NCBI GenBank assembly: GCA_902609675.1
Contig: CACLST010000001.1
Span: forward strand, 11,934 to 75,933
Source: an uncultured Pelagibacteraceae bacterium
GTDB lineage: Bacteria > Pseudomonadota > Alphaproteobacteria > Pelagibacterales > Pelagibacteraceae
Direction of reading: 5' to 3'
Length of the DNA stretch: 64,000 bases
In this document: one piece after another, positions 8,900 through 18,131 of the stretch
How positions within the stretch are numbered: position 1 is the first letter of the stretch
How the letters are laid out: each line of letters opens with the position of its first letter
The notes under the pieces: model-generated
What the model saw: only the letters and a program-made list of their open reading frames with translations
What the model was told of the DNA's origin: nothing
Database searches by the model: none
Made by a program: the position numbers and the translations under genes

Positions 8900-10186
8900 C
8901 TAATTAGAAAATCCATATTTTCTAAGTCTTACATCTCCAGTTCGAGCATGAGCTTCCATACCTTCATATCTTGAAATTCTTGCACAAGCTGCACCCACTT
9001 CTTTAGTCGATTCTTTTGTCATTCTTTGGAAACTCAATGTTTTAATAAATTTGCCGACAAATAACCCGCCTGTGTATTTTCCCGCACCTTTTGTTGGTAA
9101 AATATGGTTTGTTCCAGAACATTTATCTCCATAAGCGACAGTAGTTTCTTCTCCAATAAATAATGATCCGTAGTTTTTTAATCGATCATGAAACCATTGA
9201 AGGTTTTTAGTCTGAATCTCTAAATGTTCAGGAGCATATTCATCACTTATTTTTGCCATTTCTTCGTTTGTATCGCATAAAATAACTTCTCCATAGTCTC
9301 TCCAAGCTGCACCAGAGTTTTCTCTTGGCAAGTCTGGTAAATCTGCAATTAATTCTGGTACTCTTTTCATCACATATTCAGCTAATGATTTGCTAGTAGT
9401 AAATAACCATGCAGGAGAGTTGTAACCATGCTCTGCTTGTCCAACTAAATCGAAAGCAACTAATTCTGGGTCAGCTGTTTCATCTGCTATAACTGCAATT
9501 TCTGTAGGGCCAGCAAATAAATCTATACCTACTTTGCCAAATAAAATTCTTTTTGACTCTGCAACGAATTGATTTCCAGGACCAACAAGCATATCTGCAG
9601 GTGCATTACCAAAAAGACCATAAGTCATTGCAGCAATAGCCTGAACTCCACCTAAATTCATTATTACATCTGCTCCACATAAGTCAGCAGTATAAACAAT
9701 AGCAGGATGAACTCCAACACCAGGTTTTGGTGAACTACAAACAATAATATTTTTAACACCAGCAACTTTAGCTGTAGTTACACTCATTACAGCTGACGCT
9801 ATATGAGCATATCTTCCAGCAGGCACATAACATCCAGCTGTATTAACAGGAATTAATTTTTGACCAGCGAATAATCCATCAGATAGCTCTACTTCAAAAT
9901 CTTGACCATAATTTTTTAATTGTGCTTCAGCAAACTTTCTTACTCTTTCATGAGAAAATTGAATATCATCTTTAGTTTTAGGATCTAAATTCTTTTTAAT
10001 TTGTTCAATTTTTTCTCTTGTAACTATTACCTCACCTTCATATTTGTCAAATTTTTTTGATAATTCGATGCATCCTTCTTCTTTTGTTTTCTCTATATCT
10101 TTTAGAATATTCTCTACAATTTCTCTAGTTTTTGTGTCATCTGTTGACGAAGTTTTTGGAGATTTTTTTAAATATGTTATTGCCAT
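8900..10186 (-). CDS. hpsN: Sulfopropanediol (DHPS) 3-dehydrogenase, histidinol dehydrogenase paralog
   Basis: HisD fold (GPGNQFV, QAEHG, APEHL, GTNHILPT) with HpsN-type signatures (N-terminal YLKK, GRYAHIASA, QAEHGYNSP, AAWRDY, EGMEAHAR); sulfonate gene context. Confidence 0.85.
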   Translation of the reverse strand: MAITYLKKSPKTSSTDDTKTREIVENILKDIEKTKEEGCIELSKKFDKYEGEVIVTREKIEQIKKNLDPKTKDDIQFSHERVRKFAEAQLKNYGQDFEVELSDGLFAGQKLIPVNTAGCYVPAGRYAHIASAVMSVTTAKVAGVKNIIVCSSPKPGVGVHPAIVYTADLCGADVIMNLGGVQAIAAMTYGLFGNAPADMLVGPGNQFVAESKRILFGKVGIDLFAGPTEIAVIADETADPELVAFDLVGQAEHGYNSPAWLFTTSKSLAEYVMKRVPELIADLPDLPRENSGAAWRDYGEVILCDTNEEMAKISDEYAPEHLEIQTKNLQWFHDRLKNYGSLFIGEETTVAYGDKCSGTNHILPTKGAGKYTGGLFVGKFIKTLSFQRMTKESTKEVGAACARISRYEGMEAHARTGDVRLRKYGFSN

Positions 10187-10228
10187 CTTTAAATCCTAAT
10201 TTAATTATTATTTTTTTTCAATATTCAT

Positions 10229-11140
10229 TTAATCTAAAGCTACCACAGCTGCCGCAATAGATGCTAGCCTTGCTGTCGCATCGTCCGATCTACTAGTAAT
10301 TACCACAGGAACTTTTCCTCCTATAACCACTCCTGCCGCACACGCTCCCATAAAATAAATCATCATTTTAACTAGAGCGTTACCTGTTTCAACATTTGGA
10401 ACTAATAATACATCCGCATCTCCTGCAACTATATTTTTTATACCTTTTATTTCTGCAGATTTTTTTGACACACTATTATCAAATGCTAGAGGTCCAAAAA
10501 TATCTGCATTAAGACTCTCTTTTTCAGCTAATTCGCATATTTCTTTAGCATCAAGTGAACTTTGCATGCTATCTAAAACTTCTTCTGTTGCAGAAAGAAT
10601 GGAGACTTTTGGTCTTGCTATTTTTATTCTATGACAAAAATCAACTACATTTTTTAAAATATGCATTTTTGTTTTAACATTTGGATTAACATTTAGAGCA
10701 CCGTCAGTTATTATTAATGGTTTATCCTCTTTATCTAAAGTCATATGCCAAATATGACTCAATCTTTTTTTACCAATCAAATTATATTTTCTTAATAAAA
10801 CTTCTTTCATTAAAATATCAGTGTGTATATGGCCTTTGACAATTATTTTTACTTCTCCACTTCCAGCAAGCTTTGCCGCAATTTTGGCAGTGTTATTTTC
10901 AACTGGCTCATTTATTATTTCATATTCAGAGATATCGAATTTTAATTCTTCAGCAGTTTTTTTAATTTCTATTTCATCACCTATAAAAACAGGAATGATC
11001 AATTTTTCCTTTACGCAATCCATTATAGATAGCATAGGAAGTCTTTTGCCTGCATTTACGATTGCTGCTTTGGCTCCTCTTTTTTGATGAGCAATATCAA
11101 GTAAATTGAATGGACAGACTGTTGATTTATCTGAAAGCAT
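10229..11140 (-). CDS. pta: Phosphate acetyl/butyryltransferase
   Basis: KGHIHT, GPLAFDN, GNALVK, TSRSD motifs; consumes acetyl-phosphate from Xsc in taurine catabolism. Confidence 0.82.
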   Translation of the reverse strand: MLSDKSTVCPFNLLDIAHQKRGAKAAIVNAGKRLPMLSIMDCVKEKLIIPVFIGDEIEIKKTAEELKFDISEYEIINEPVENNTAKIAAKLAGSGEVKIIVKGHIHTDILMKEVLLRKYNLIGKKRLSHIWHMTLDKEDKPLIITDGALNVNPNVKTKMHILKNVVDFCHRIKIARPKVSILSATEEVLDSMQSSLDAKEICELAEKESLNADIFGPLAFDNSVSKKSAEIKGIKNIVAGDADVLLVPNVETGNALVKMMIYFMGACAAGVVIGGKVPVVITSRSDDATARLASIAAAVVALD

Positions 11141-11204
11141 TTGAATTTATATATACTAAATTAATAAAAAAACTAATATAGTATTATTGATATAAGGATA
11201 AAAA

Positions 11205-12053
11205 GTGGAAGTAGTTACCAAAATAGCTCCGATCGCTCTAGCTCTTATAATGTTAGGTCTTGGATTAGGATTAACGGGACGTGACTTTTTAAGAGTAATC
11301 AATAATCCTAAAGATTTTATAATCGGCTTTGTCTGTCAATTGATACTTTTACCAATGGTTGCATTTATAATTGTATTAATATTAGATTTGCCAATTGAAA
11401 TTGCTGTAGGCGTTATGATTATAGCTGCAGCTCCTGGTGGAGTAACTTCAAATGTAATGACAAAATTTGCAAATGGAGATGTTGCATTATCAATCTCTTT
11501 AACCGCTATAATAAGCCTGATTAGTATTATTTCTGTTCCTTTTATTATTTTTAAATCAGCAAATTTATTGGGAGTTACAGATTTATCTTCTGATATCACC
11601 ATGACCGGTATTGCATTAAAAATGGCTATAGTTGTTACAGTGCCTGTTATTTTAGGAATGATTATAAGAAAATTTGCAGAAAATTTTGTTTCTTCAAATA
11701 TTTCTATAATTGAGAAAATCACAACTATTTTATTTGTAATTGTTTTTGCAACAATATGGATTGAAGAAAGAGAGAATATATTCAATTATTTAAAACAAGC
11801 GGGTTTTGCTGTTCTTGTGCTTAATATTGTTATGATGGTGCTTGCATATTACATAGCCAAGTTATTAGCCACTGGCATAAAGCAAAGAAAGTGTATTTCA
11901 ATTGAGTGTGGACTTCAAAATGGCACATTAGCAATATTTGTAGCTACACAAATATTTAGTGACATTAGTTATATTATTCCAACAGCAGCATATGCTTTAA
12001 TTATGTATTTAACTGGCTTTATAATGATTTTTATTCTTAGAAGATCTACCTAA
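11205..12053 (+). CDS. Bile acid:sodium symporter (BASS) family transporter
   Basis: APGGVTSN and ECGLQN motifs; GTG start with AAGGA RBS. Confidence 0.9.
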   Translation: MEVVTKIAPIALALIMLGLGLGLTGRDFLRVINNPKDFIIGFVCQLILLPMVAFIIVLILDLPIEIAVGVMIIAAAPGGVTSNVMTKFANGDVALSISLTAIISLISIISVPFIIFKSANLLGVTDLSSDITMTGIALKMAIVVTVPVILGMIIRKFAENFVSSNISIIEKITTILFVIVFATIWIEERENIFNYLKQAGFAVLVLNIVMMVLAYYIAKLLATGIKQRKCISIECGLQNGTLAIFVATQIFSDISYIIPTAAYALIMYLTGFIMIFILRRST

Positions 12054-12996
12054 TATTTATTTGCCCAAATATCTTAAAGATAAAACGAGAAAGTGAGAGT
12101 ACATTTTTTTCCTGCAGTTTAATGGTATCAGTTAATGTTTTGTCTTGCATGTTAACATTAAACAGCTTTTTTTTATTAACACTTATATATTTATTTTTAA
12201 GCAAATAATTTAATTTTCTAACAACAGTCGGTCTTGGAATATGGGTTATTTCTGAAATTGACATGGTATTCACACCAGTTTCAGGAATTATTACTTTGTT
12301 CTTTTTCCACTTTGAAAAGTTCCATCCATTCGCTTCATAAGATTTTGTAACAAGTGAATGCCACATTATAACCATTCCAACTGAAAATATTTCAAGATCT
12401 CCAACTTGTTTTTTCCATCTATTTGTAAAAATAAAAATAAACTCTAAAAAAAAATACCAACAATATGTGAAATTATTTTTAATTTCATTTGAGATTTCAT
12501 CAAATTGCTTAGATTGATTAATCAATTTATTTTTTTCACATACCTCAGCAATCTTTGAGAGTAATGCGCATAAATTTCTAAGAGTATTTTTAGGCTGAAC
12601 CAGTCTAAAAGCTGATCTATCAATATAAATCTTTTTACCAATTTTTTTTAGTACACCAAATTCTTCTAAGCGAAGAATTTTTCTTCTAGCACTTTCTTTG
12701 GGAATAATTAAATTTTTTGATATTTCGATAATATTTATTCTGTCTAGTTCTAATGATTTATCATATAAGAAAAAAGCATCATAACTTTCTACAATTTCGT
12801 TCTGTATATAATAATCAAAATCTTTATTTATAAGATAAAGAATAATTAAATACTTATCTATGTCTTGAAATGTTTCATAAGAAGAATTAGTCCACTCAGA
12901 TAATAACTTGTAGTAAAAGGGAGCTATTTCATCAAAATTTTCTTCAATAACTTTTTGAATTTTGTTTTCACTTAATTGTGATGGTTTTTTAATCAT
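12046..12996 (-). CDS. Hypothetical protein with two tandem winged-helix DNA-binding-like domains
   Basis: Internal repeat INIIEISKNLIIPKESARRKILRLEEFG vs VNTMSISEITHIPRPTVVRKLNYLLKNK; start taken at MIKK (12996), alternative 13011. Confidence 0.65.
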   Translation of the reverse strand: MIKKPSQLSENKIQKVIEENFDEIAPFYYKLLSEWTNSSYETFQDIDKYLIILYLINKDFDYYIQNEIVESYDAFFLYDKSLELDRINIIEISKNLIIPKESARRKILRLEEFGVLKKIGKKIYIDRSAFRLVQPKNTLRNLCALLSKIAEVCEKNKLINQSKQFDEISNEIKNNFTYCWYFFLEFIFIFTNRWKKQVGDLEIFSVGMVIMWHSLVTKSYEANGWNFSKWKKNKVIIPETGVNTMSISEITHIPRPTVVRKLNYLLKNKYISVNKKKLFNVNMQDKTLTDTIKLQEKNVLSLSRFIFKIFGQINIR

Positions 12997-13005
12997 TTTG
13001 CGTAA

Positions 13006-13070
13006 ACCCATTTTAGTCTTTTGACCCCATTTTGGACATCAAATAAAATTTTAATAACCCATTTCGGACA
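13006..13070. repeat. Three direct repeats, consensus ACCCATTTYRGACA
   Basis: ACCCATTTTAGTCT (13006), CCCCATTTTGGACA (13025), ACCCATTTCGGACA (13057) in the divergent promoter region. Confidence 0.75.
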
Positions 13071-13116
13071 CTTGGGAAATGACATAAAAATTTATATGTG
13101 TTTTAATAGTTTTTAT

Positions 13117-13329
13117 ATGAGTTTGAACAGCCTAAAAAGAGCATCTAATATTGAAATTTCTTCTCAATTAACAGGTGACGTATATGTTGATACCCCTCAA
13201 AAAGTAAATATTGATGCTCTTAAACTCAAAATTATCAAACAAGAAAAAAAAGAAAATTTTAAAAATAAAGCTATCGTCGTATCACTATTTTTTGGATTAG
13301 GAGTACTTGGATATTTTGTTTCTATTTAA
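13117..13329 (+). CDS. Small protein with C-terminal transmembrane anchor
   Basis: MSLNSLKR...KVNIDALKLKIIKQEKKE...IVVSLFFGLGVLGYFVSI; start 13117 preferred (13096 possible) because the TTG at 13021 would run through the repeat boxes. Confidence 0.7.
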   Translation: MSLNSLKRASNIEISSQLTGDVYVDTPQKVNIDALKLKIIKQEKKENFKNKAIVVSLFFGLGVLGYFVSI

Positions 13330-13420
13330 CTTTAATAATCAAATAAATAATCTAAAAATTTAGGCATTCTCAACAATTATCAGTTATTGTAATAAATAAT
13401 AATTAGTAAATAATAAGGAT

Positions 13421-13756
13421 ATGAAACCATTTGCAGGATATTTAATTTTAGCTTTAGGAATTACTACAGGCATAGCTGCAAACAGTTTTGCAAAGATTTC
13501 AGATGGTTTTACAAAACTGACACCAACTATTGCTTGTTTACTTTTAATGAGTGTTACAATGTTTTCTTTGGCTAAGGCAATGTCAGTGATACCTGTAGCA
13601 TTTAGTTACTCAACTTACAGCGGATTAACAGTTGCGGGTGTAGTTTTGTTTGGGATATTAAAGTATAATCAAGTTCCTAATATTTATGGATTAATTGGTA
13701 TTTGCTTAATTGTAACTGGGGTAATAATGGTGAATTATCTAGGACGAGCAGGTTAA
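13421..13756 (+). CDS. SMR/EmrE-like small multidrug transporter
   Basis: 111 aa, 4 TM, KISDGFTK and IPVAFSYSTYSG match the SMR pattern; the canonical TM1 Glu appears replaced by Gly. Confidence 0.8.
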   Translation: MKPFAGYLILALGITTGIAANSFAKISDGFTKLTPTIACLLLMSVTMFSLAKAMSVIPVAFSYSTYSGLTVAGVVLFGILKYNQVPNIYGLIGICLIVTGVIMVNYLGRAG

Positions 13757-13765
13757 CAATTTAAT

Positions 13766-14770
13766 CTATTTCAATAAAATACGAATATCCTCCATTATAT
13801 TATCCGGAATTTTAATTTCTGATTTATAATTTTTTTTATATCTTCTTAATTTGTTTTCTCCTGGATATAATATTTCTTTAAGTCCTTTTAATTTAGGAAG
13901 TTTTTTAATTCTTTTTATGTTTTCTTTTATTCTTTTTTTATAATTTGATTGAAATAAGTTAGCTTTCATCACAATAAACAAATGACCAATATTTTGTGGA
14001 CCAGAAAAATCATCAAATGGATCTTTTACTTTGCCACCATGATTACCTCCTGTATAAACACCACTTAATATATCTACCATCCATGCAAGTCCTGATCCTC
14101 TAAACCCTGCTATAGGAAGCTGAACACCTTCAAGTGCTTTTTTAGCATCTGTTGTTGGATTACCAAATTTATCCAAAGCAACACCTTCAGGTATTCTAGA
14201 ATTAGATCTTGATGCAACTCTAATCTTTCCTCTATTAATCATTGATACAGATGTATCCAATATAAATGGAACTTTAGAACCAGTCGGTGATCCAAAACAA
14301 ATTGGGTTTGTGCCAAATAAAGATTTTATAGCTCCATGTGGGGCAATAGCAGGCGGTGCATTAGTAAATACTAAAGCTATCATGTTTTTTTTTACAGCTT
14401 GTTCAGCGTAATATCCTGACATGCCGTAATGGCCACTATTTTTAACTGCAACTAATCCTATTCCTGTTTTTTTGGCATTTTTTATGGCTTTTTTTATTGC
14501 TGTGTCTGCAGCAACAAATCCAATGCTGTCATCAGCATTTATATGAGTAATAGATTGGGAAATATTTTTTAGTTTGATTTTAGGTTTTGGATTAATCAGT
14601 TTTTTTTCTATACGATCGCAGTACATCTTTAATCTTGATAATCCATGAGTAGGCGCACCTACCAATTCTGCATTAATTATTGCTTCTGCACAAATTGCAG
14701 AATGACTTTTTGAAAGTTTATATTTTTTAAATATTTCAATTATTATTTTTTTAAGTTTATTTTTTTCCAT
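13766..14770 (-). CDS. Ldh_2 family oxidoreductase (ComC/sulfolactate dehydrogenase-like)
   Basis: THGLSR, SGHYG, GTNPI, GSGLAWMVDILSG, YPGE motifs of type-2 malate/lactate/sulfolactate dehydrogenases; substrate inferred from context only. Confidence 0.8.
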   Translation of the reverse strand: MEKNKLKKIIIEIFKKYKLSKSHSAICAEAIINAELVGAPTHGLSRLKMYCDRIEKKLINPKPKIKLKNISQSITHINADDSIGFVAADTAIKKAIKNAKKTGIGLVAVKNSGHYGMSGYYAEQAVKKNMIALVFTNAPPAIAPHGAIKSLFGTNPICFGSPTGSKVPFILDTSVSMINRGKIRVASRSNSRIPEGVALDKFGNPTTDAKKALEGVQLPIAGFRGSGLAWMVDILSGVYTGGNHGGKVKDPFDDFSGPQNIGHLFIVMKANLFQSNYKKRIKENIKRIKKLPKLKGLKEILYPGENKLRRYKKNYKSEIKIPDNIMEDIRILLK

Positions 14771-14882
14771 AAATTTTTCTAAAACTAAACTAGAAATTGT
14801 ATTTTTCTAATCAAAATTAATATTTTTGTAACATTTAATTTTATAATTTAATACCATCAACCAATTAAAAAAGAGAGGATAT

Positions 14883-15920
14883 ATGAAAAATATAATAAAA
14901 TTAGCTTCAATAGTCCTAGTCTTTTCATTTACATTGTTTGGAATAACAAACAAAGCTTCTGCTGCAAAATTAACTATGTATTGCAGTGTTGAAATAGATG
15001 TTTGTGAAATGCTTGAACAAGCTTATGAAAAAGAAACTGGTACAAAAGTTGCTATGACAAGAGCAAGTAGTGGTGAAACTTTTGCAAAAATTAAAGCAGA
15101 GTCATCAAATCCAAAGGGAGATGTTTGGTTTGGTGGAACTGGAGATCCACACTTAACAGCTGCACAAGAAAACTTAACTGAAAAATATAAGTCAACTCAC
15201 TTTAATGATTTATTACCTGCCGCACAAAACCAAGCAAAAAATGCAGATTTTAAATCTGTGGGAATTTATGTTGGTGCATTAGGATTTGGTTATAATAAAG
15301 ATCTTTTAGCTAAAAAAGGTTTACCAGCTCCAAAATCATGGATGGACTTAACAAAACCTATTTACAAAGGTGAAATCCAAGTGGCAAATCCAAATTCATC
15401 TGGAACTGCCTACACAACTTTAGCAACAATTCTTCAAATTTTTGGAGAAGATAAAGGTTGGGATTATATGAAAGCACTTCATTTAAATATAAACACTTAT
15501 ACTAAATCAGGATCTGCTCCAATTAAAGCAACTGGTAGAGGCGAAAATTTAATAGGTATTTGTTTTCAGCACGATGGAGTTAAACAAACTAAAAAAGGTT
15601 TACCCGTTGTAACTGTGTCTCCTGAAGAGGGAACAGGTTATGAAGTTGGATCTATGAGTATTATCGCAGGTGCAAGAAATATGAAGGAAGCTAAAAAGTT
15701 TTATGACTGGGCTTTAAGTCCCGCAATTCAAACTATGGTTTTTACTTCAGGGAAATCTTTACAGGTACCAGCAAATACTAAAGCGCAAGCGGATCCAGAT
15801 GCCCCAGATTTATCAACTATTAATTTGATTGATTATGACTTCGCAGTTTATGGCGATAAAAACACAAGAGCCGGACTGTTAGGTAAGTGGGATACCGACG
15901 TATCTGTAATTCCTAGATAA
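14883..15920 (+). CDS. afuA: ABC substrate-binding protein, AfuA (sugar-phosphate)-like clade of FbpA family
   Basis: YCS..., SGETFAKIKAE, WFGGT.DP, SSGTAYT, YTKSG, FQHD, EGTGYE, IDYDF all follow the AfuA pattern as I recall it. Confidence 0.72.
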   Translation: MKNIIKLASIVLVFSFTLFGITNKASAAKLTMYCSVEIDVCEMLEQAYEKETGTKVAMTRASSGETFAKIKAESSNPKGDVWFGGTGDPHLTAAQENLTEKYKSTHFNDLLPAAQNQAKNADFKSVGIYVGALGFGYNKDLLAKKGLPAPKSWMDLTKPIYKGEIQVANPNSSGTAYTTLATILQIFGEDKGWDYMKALHLNINTYTKSGSAPIKATGRGENLIGICFQHDGVKQTKKGLPVVTVSPEEGTGYEVGSMSIIAGARNMKEAKKFYDWALSPAIQTMVFTSGKSLQVPANTKAQADPDAPDLSTINLIDYDFAVYGDKNTRAGLLGKWDTDVSVIPR

Positions 15921-15932
15921 TTTTAGGAATTA

Positions 15933-18131
15933 ATGAGAGGACTCGTTATCGGTTGGATGCTCATAGGAGGATTGGGTTTTCTAATCTTCCCTTGGTATGT
16001 AACTGGTGACGGGTTTTTCTCAATAAACTGGATATTAGAATACTCTTTAGAAGATTATGGTTCGGTTTTACCTCAAGTATTCATAAACAACAAATACTGG
16101 CTTTTACCTATAGCAATACCTCTATTTTTTCCATTAACAACATTAAAATTAACACAAAATAATCCACTTTATTCTAAAGTTTTTTTATATTCAGGATTAA
16201 TTGGTTTTTTTTATTTTTTTCTTCAAGGATTTTCAATTGGAATTAGAGGATGGAATTTTGAAATTTTTCAATCAATTTTTGGCGACGTAGAAAATCAGTT
16301 TGGAATAGGATCAGGTGCAGTTTTGACATGCTGTACATTCATTTTTTATATTACGCATGGTTTATCCTCGCGAGGATGGCTTAATGGTGATAATTTTATT
16401 GTTGGAAGTATTGGAAGCATAATTATTTTAGTTTCTACATTTGTATTCTTTCCAATATTTAGAATGTTTGCAGTTGCTTTTAAAGGAACTGAAGGCGGAT
16501 ATGAAATAAGTAATTTTTCAGACAAAATCTTCAATAAAGGAATTTGGGGACTAGATTGTTTTTACAGTGATTATGCATGTGGAGTGTTTTGGAATACTGT
16601 TACAATGGGAACACTTACTGCTTTTTCATCAACGGTTTTAGGATTAGCTTTTGCTCTTTTAATTGCGAGAACTAGTTTTAGGTTTAAAAAAACGATTAGA
16701 ATATTATCGGTATTACCAATTATCACTCCACCATTTGTAATTGGTTTAGCAATAATAATTTTATTTGGAAGAACTGGTGTTGTAAGTACTTTTCTTGAGT
16801 GGGGATTTGATATTGAACCATCAAGATGGATTTATGGTTTACCAGGAATATGGTTTGCACAAACACTAGCCTTCACGCCTATTGCATTTTTAGTTTTAAT
16901 AGGTGTTGTTGAAAGTGTAAGCCCATCAATGGAAGAAGCTTCTCAAACATTGAGAGCTTCTAAGTGGCAAGTTTTTAAAACTGTTACTTTACCGTTAATG
17001 AGGCCAGGTATAGCAAATGCATTTTTACTTGGCTTTATAGAAAGTTTGGCGGATTTCGGTAACCCTTTAGTACTAGGGGCTGAATACGATGTTTTATCCA
17101 CTGAAATTTTTTTTGCAATTGTTGGAGCGCAATATGATGAAACAAAAGCAGCAATATTAGCTATGATTTTGTTATCAGTTGTCCTAGTTGTATTTTATCT
17201 ACAAAATCAATGGCTAGGAAAAAAATCATATATTTCAATTTCTGGTAAAGGGGATAGTGGAGTTCATCCAGAACTTCCAAAAAAAACAAAATGGGTGATA
17301 TATTCGACCGTACTTCCATGGGCATTATTAACATTCATTATATATTTGATGATTATGTTTGGAGGTTTTGTTGAAATGTGGGGAGTTGATCATAGTTTTA
17401 CTTTAAGGCACTACATAGAGGCTTTTAGTATTGATTGGGTAAATGATAGAGGACTTTTATGGACTGGTACAGCCTGGAATTCATTTAATACAACATTCAC
17501 GATCGCATTAATTTCAGCATTACCAACAGCTGCAATAGGAATTTTAACAGCATATTTATTAACAAGACATAAGTTCAGAGGAAAAAATGCTTTTGAATTT
17601 GGTACGATGCTAAGTTTTGCAATTCCAGGAAGTGTTATAGGTGTAAGTTATGTCTTTGCATTCAATGTGCCACCACTTGAAATTACTGGAACTGGAATTA
17701 TCCTAGTGATTGCTTTTGTATTTAGAAATATGCCAGTTGGTGTAAGAGCAGGGATAGCCGCAATGAACCAACTCGACCCTCATTTAGACGAAGCTTCATC
17801 AACTCTAAATGCATCTAGCTCACAAACTTTTAGAAATGTAATTCTTCCTTTACTTAAACCTGCTATAACAGCATCATTAGTTTTTAGTTTTGTGAGAGCA
17901 ATGACAGCAATTAGTGCTGTTATCTTCTTAGTAAGTGCAAATTACGACTTAGCTGTTTCGTATATATTAGGAAGATTAGAAAACAATGACTATGGTTTAG
18001 CAATAGTATATTCATCTGCATTAATAGTTGTTATGTTATTTACAATAATGTTAATGCAATTAATAATAGGTCAACGTAAATTAGGAAGACGGGATGAAAA
18101 TGCAGGTATTTTACAAGGAAATTTTGGATAA
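15933..18131 (+). CDS. afuB: Fused double-domain ABC permease (AfuB/FbpB type)
   Basis: Two EAA loops (EEASQTLRA, DEASSTLNA), ADFGNP; 732 aa. Confidence 0.8.
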   Translation: MRGLVIGWMLIGGLGFLIFPWYVTGDGFFSINWILEYSLEDYGSVLPQVFINNKYWLLPIAIPLFFPLTTLKLTQNNPLYSKVFLYSGLIGFFYFFLQGFSIGIRGWNFEIFQSIFGDVENQFGIGSGAVLTCCTFIFYITHGLSSRGWLNGDNFIVGSIGSIIILVSTFVFFPIFRMFAVAFKGTEGGYEISNFSDKIFNKGIWGLDCFYSDYACGVFWNTVTMGTLTAFSSTVLGLAFALLIARTSFRFKKTIRILSVLPIITPPFVIGLAIIILFGRTGVVSTFLEWGFDIEPSRWIYGLPGIWFAQTLAFTPIAFLVLIGVVESVSPSMEEASQTLRASKWQVFKTVTLPLMRPGIANAFLLGFIESLADFGNPLVLGAEYDVLSTEIFFAIVGAQYDETKAAILAMILLSVVLVVFYLQNQWLGKKSYISISGKGDSGVHPELPKKTKWVIYSTVLPWALLTFIIYLMIMFGGFVEMWGVDHSFTLRHYIEAFSIDWVNDRGLLWTGTAWNSFNTTFTIALISALPTAAIGILTAYLLTRHKFRGKNAFEFGTMLSFAIPGSVIGVSYVFAFNVPPLEITGTGIILVIAFVFRNMPVGVRAGIAAMNQLDPHLDEASSTLNASSSQTFRNVILPLLKPAITASLVFSFVRAMTAISAVIFLVSANYDLAVSYILGRLENNDYGLAIVYSSALIVVMLFTIMLMQLIIGQRKLGRRDENAGILQGNFG

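Noticed and set aside
8900-10186. Annotation as hisD (histidine biosynthesis)
   Set aside because: No his genes adjacent; HpsN-type signatures and sulfonate context favour hpsN.
13006-13070. Repeats as a mini-CRISPR array or iterons
   Set aside because: Units are only about 14 bp with irregular 19 and 32 bp periods; no cas or rep gene nearby.
13021-13116. N-terminal extension of the 102-aa ORF from a TTG start
   Set aside because: It runs through the repeat/promoter region; the internal ATG at 13117 gives a more plausible protein.
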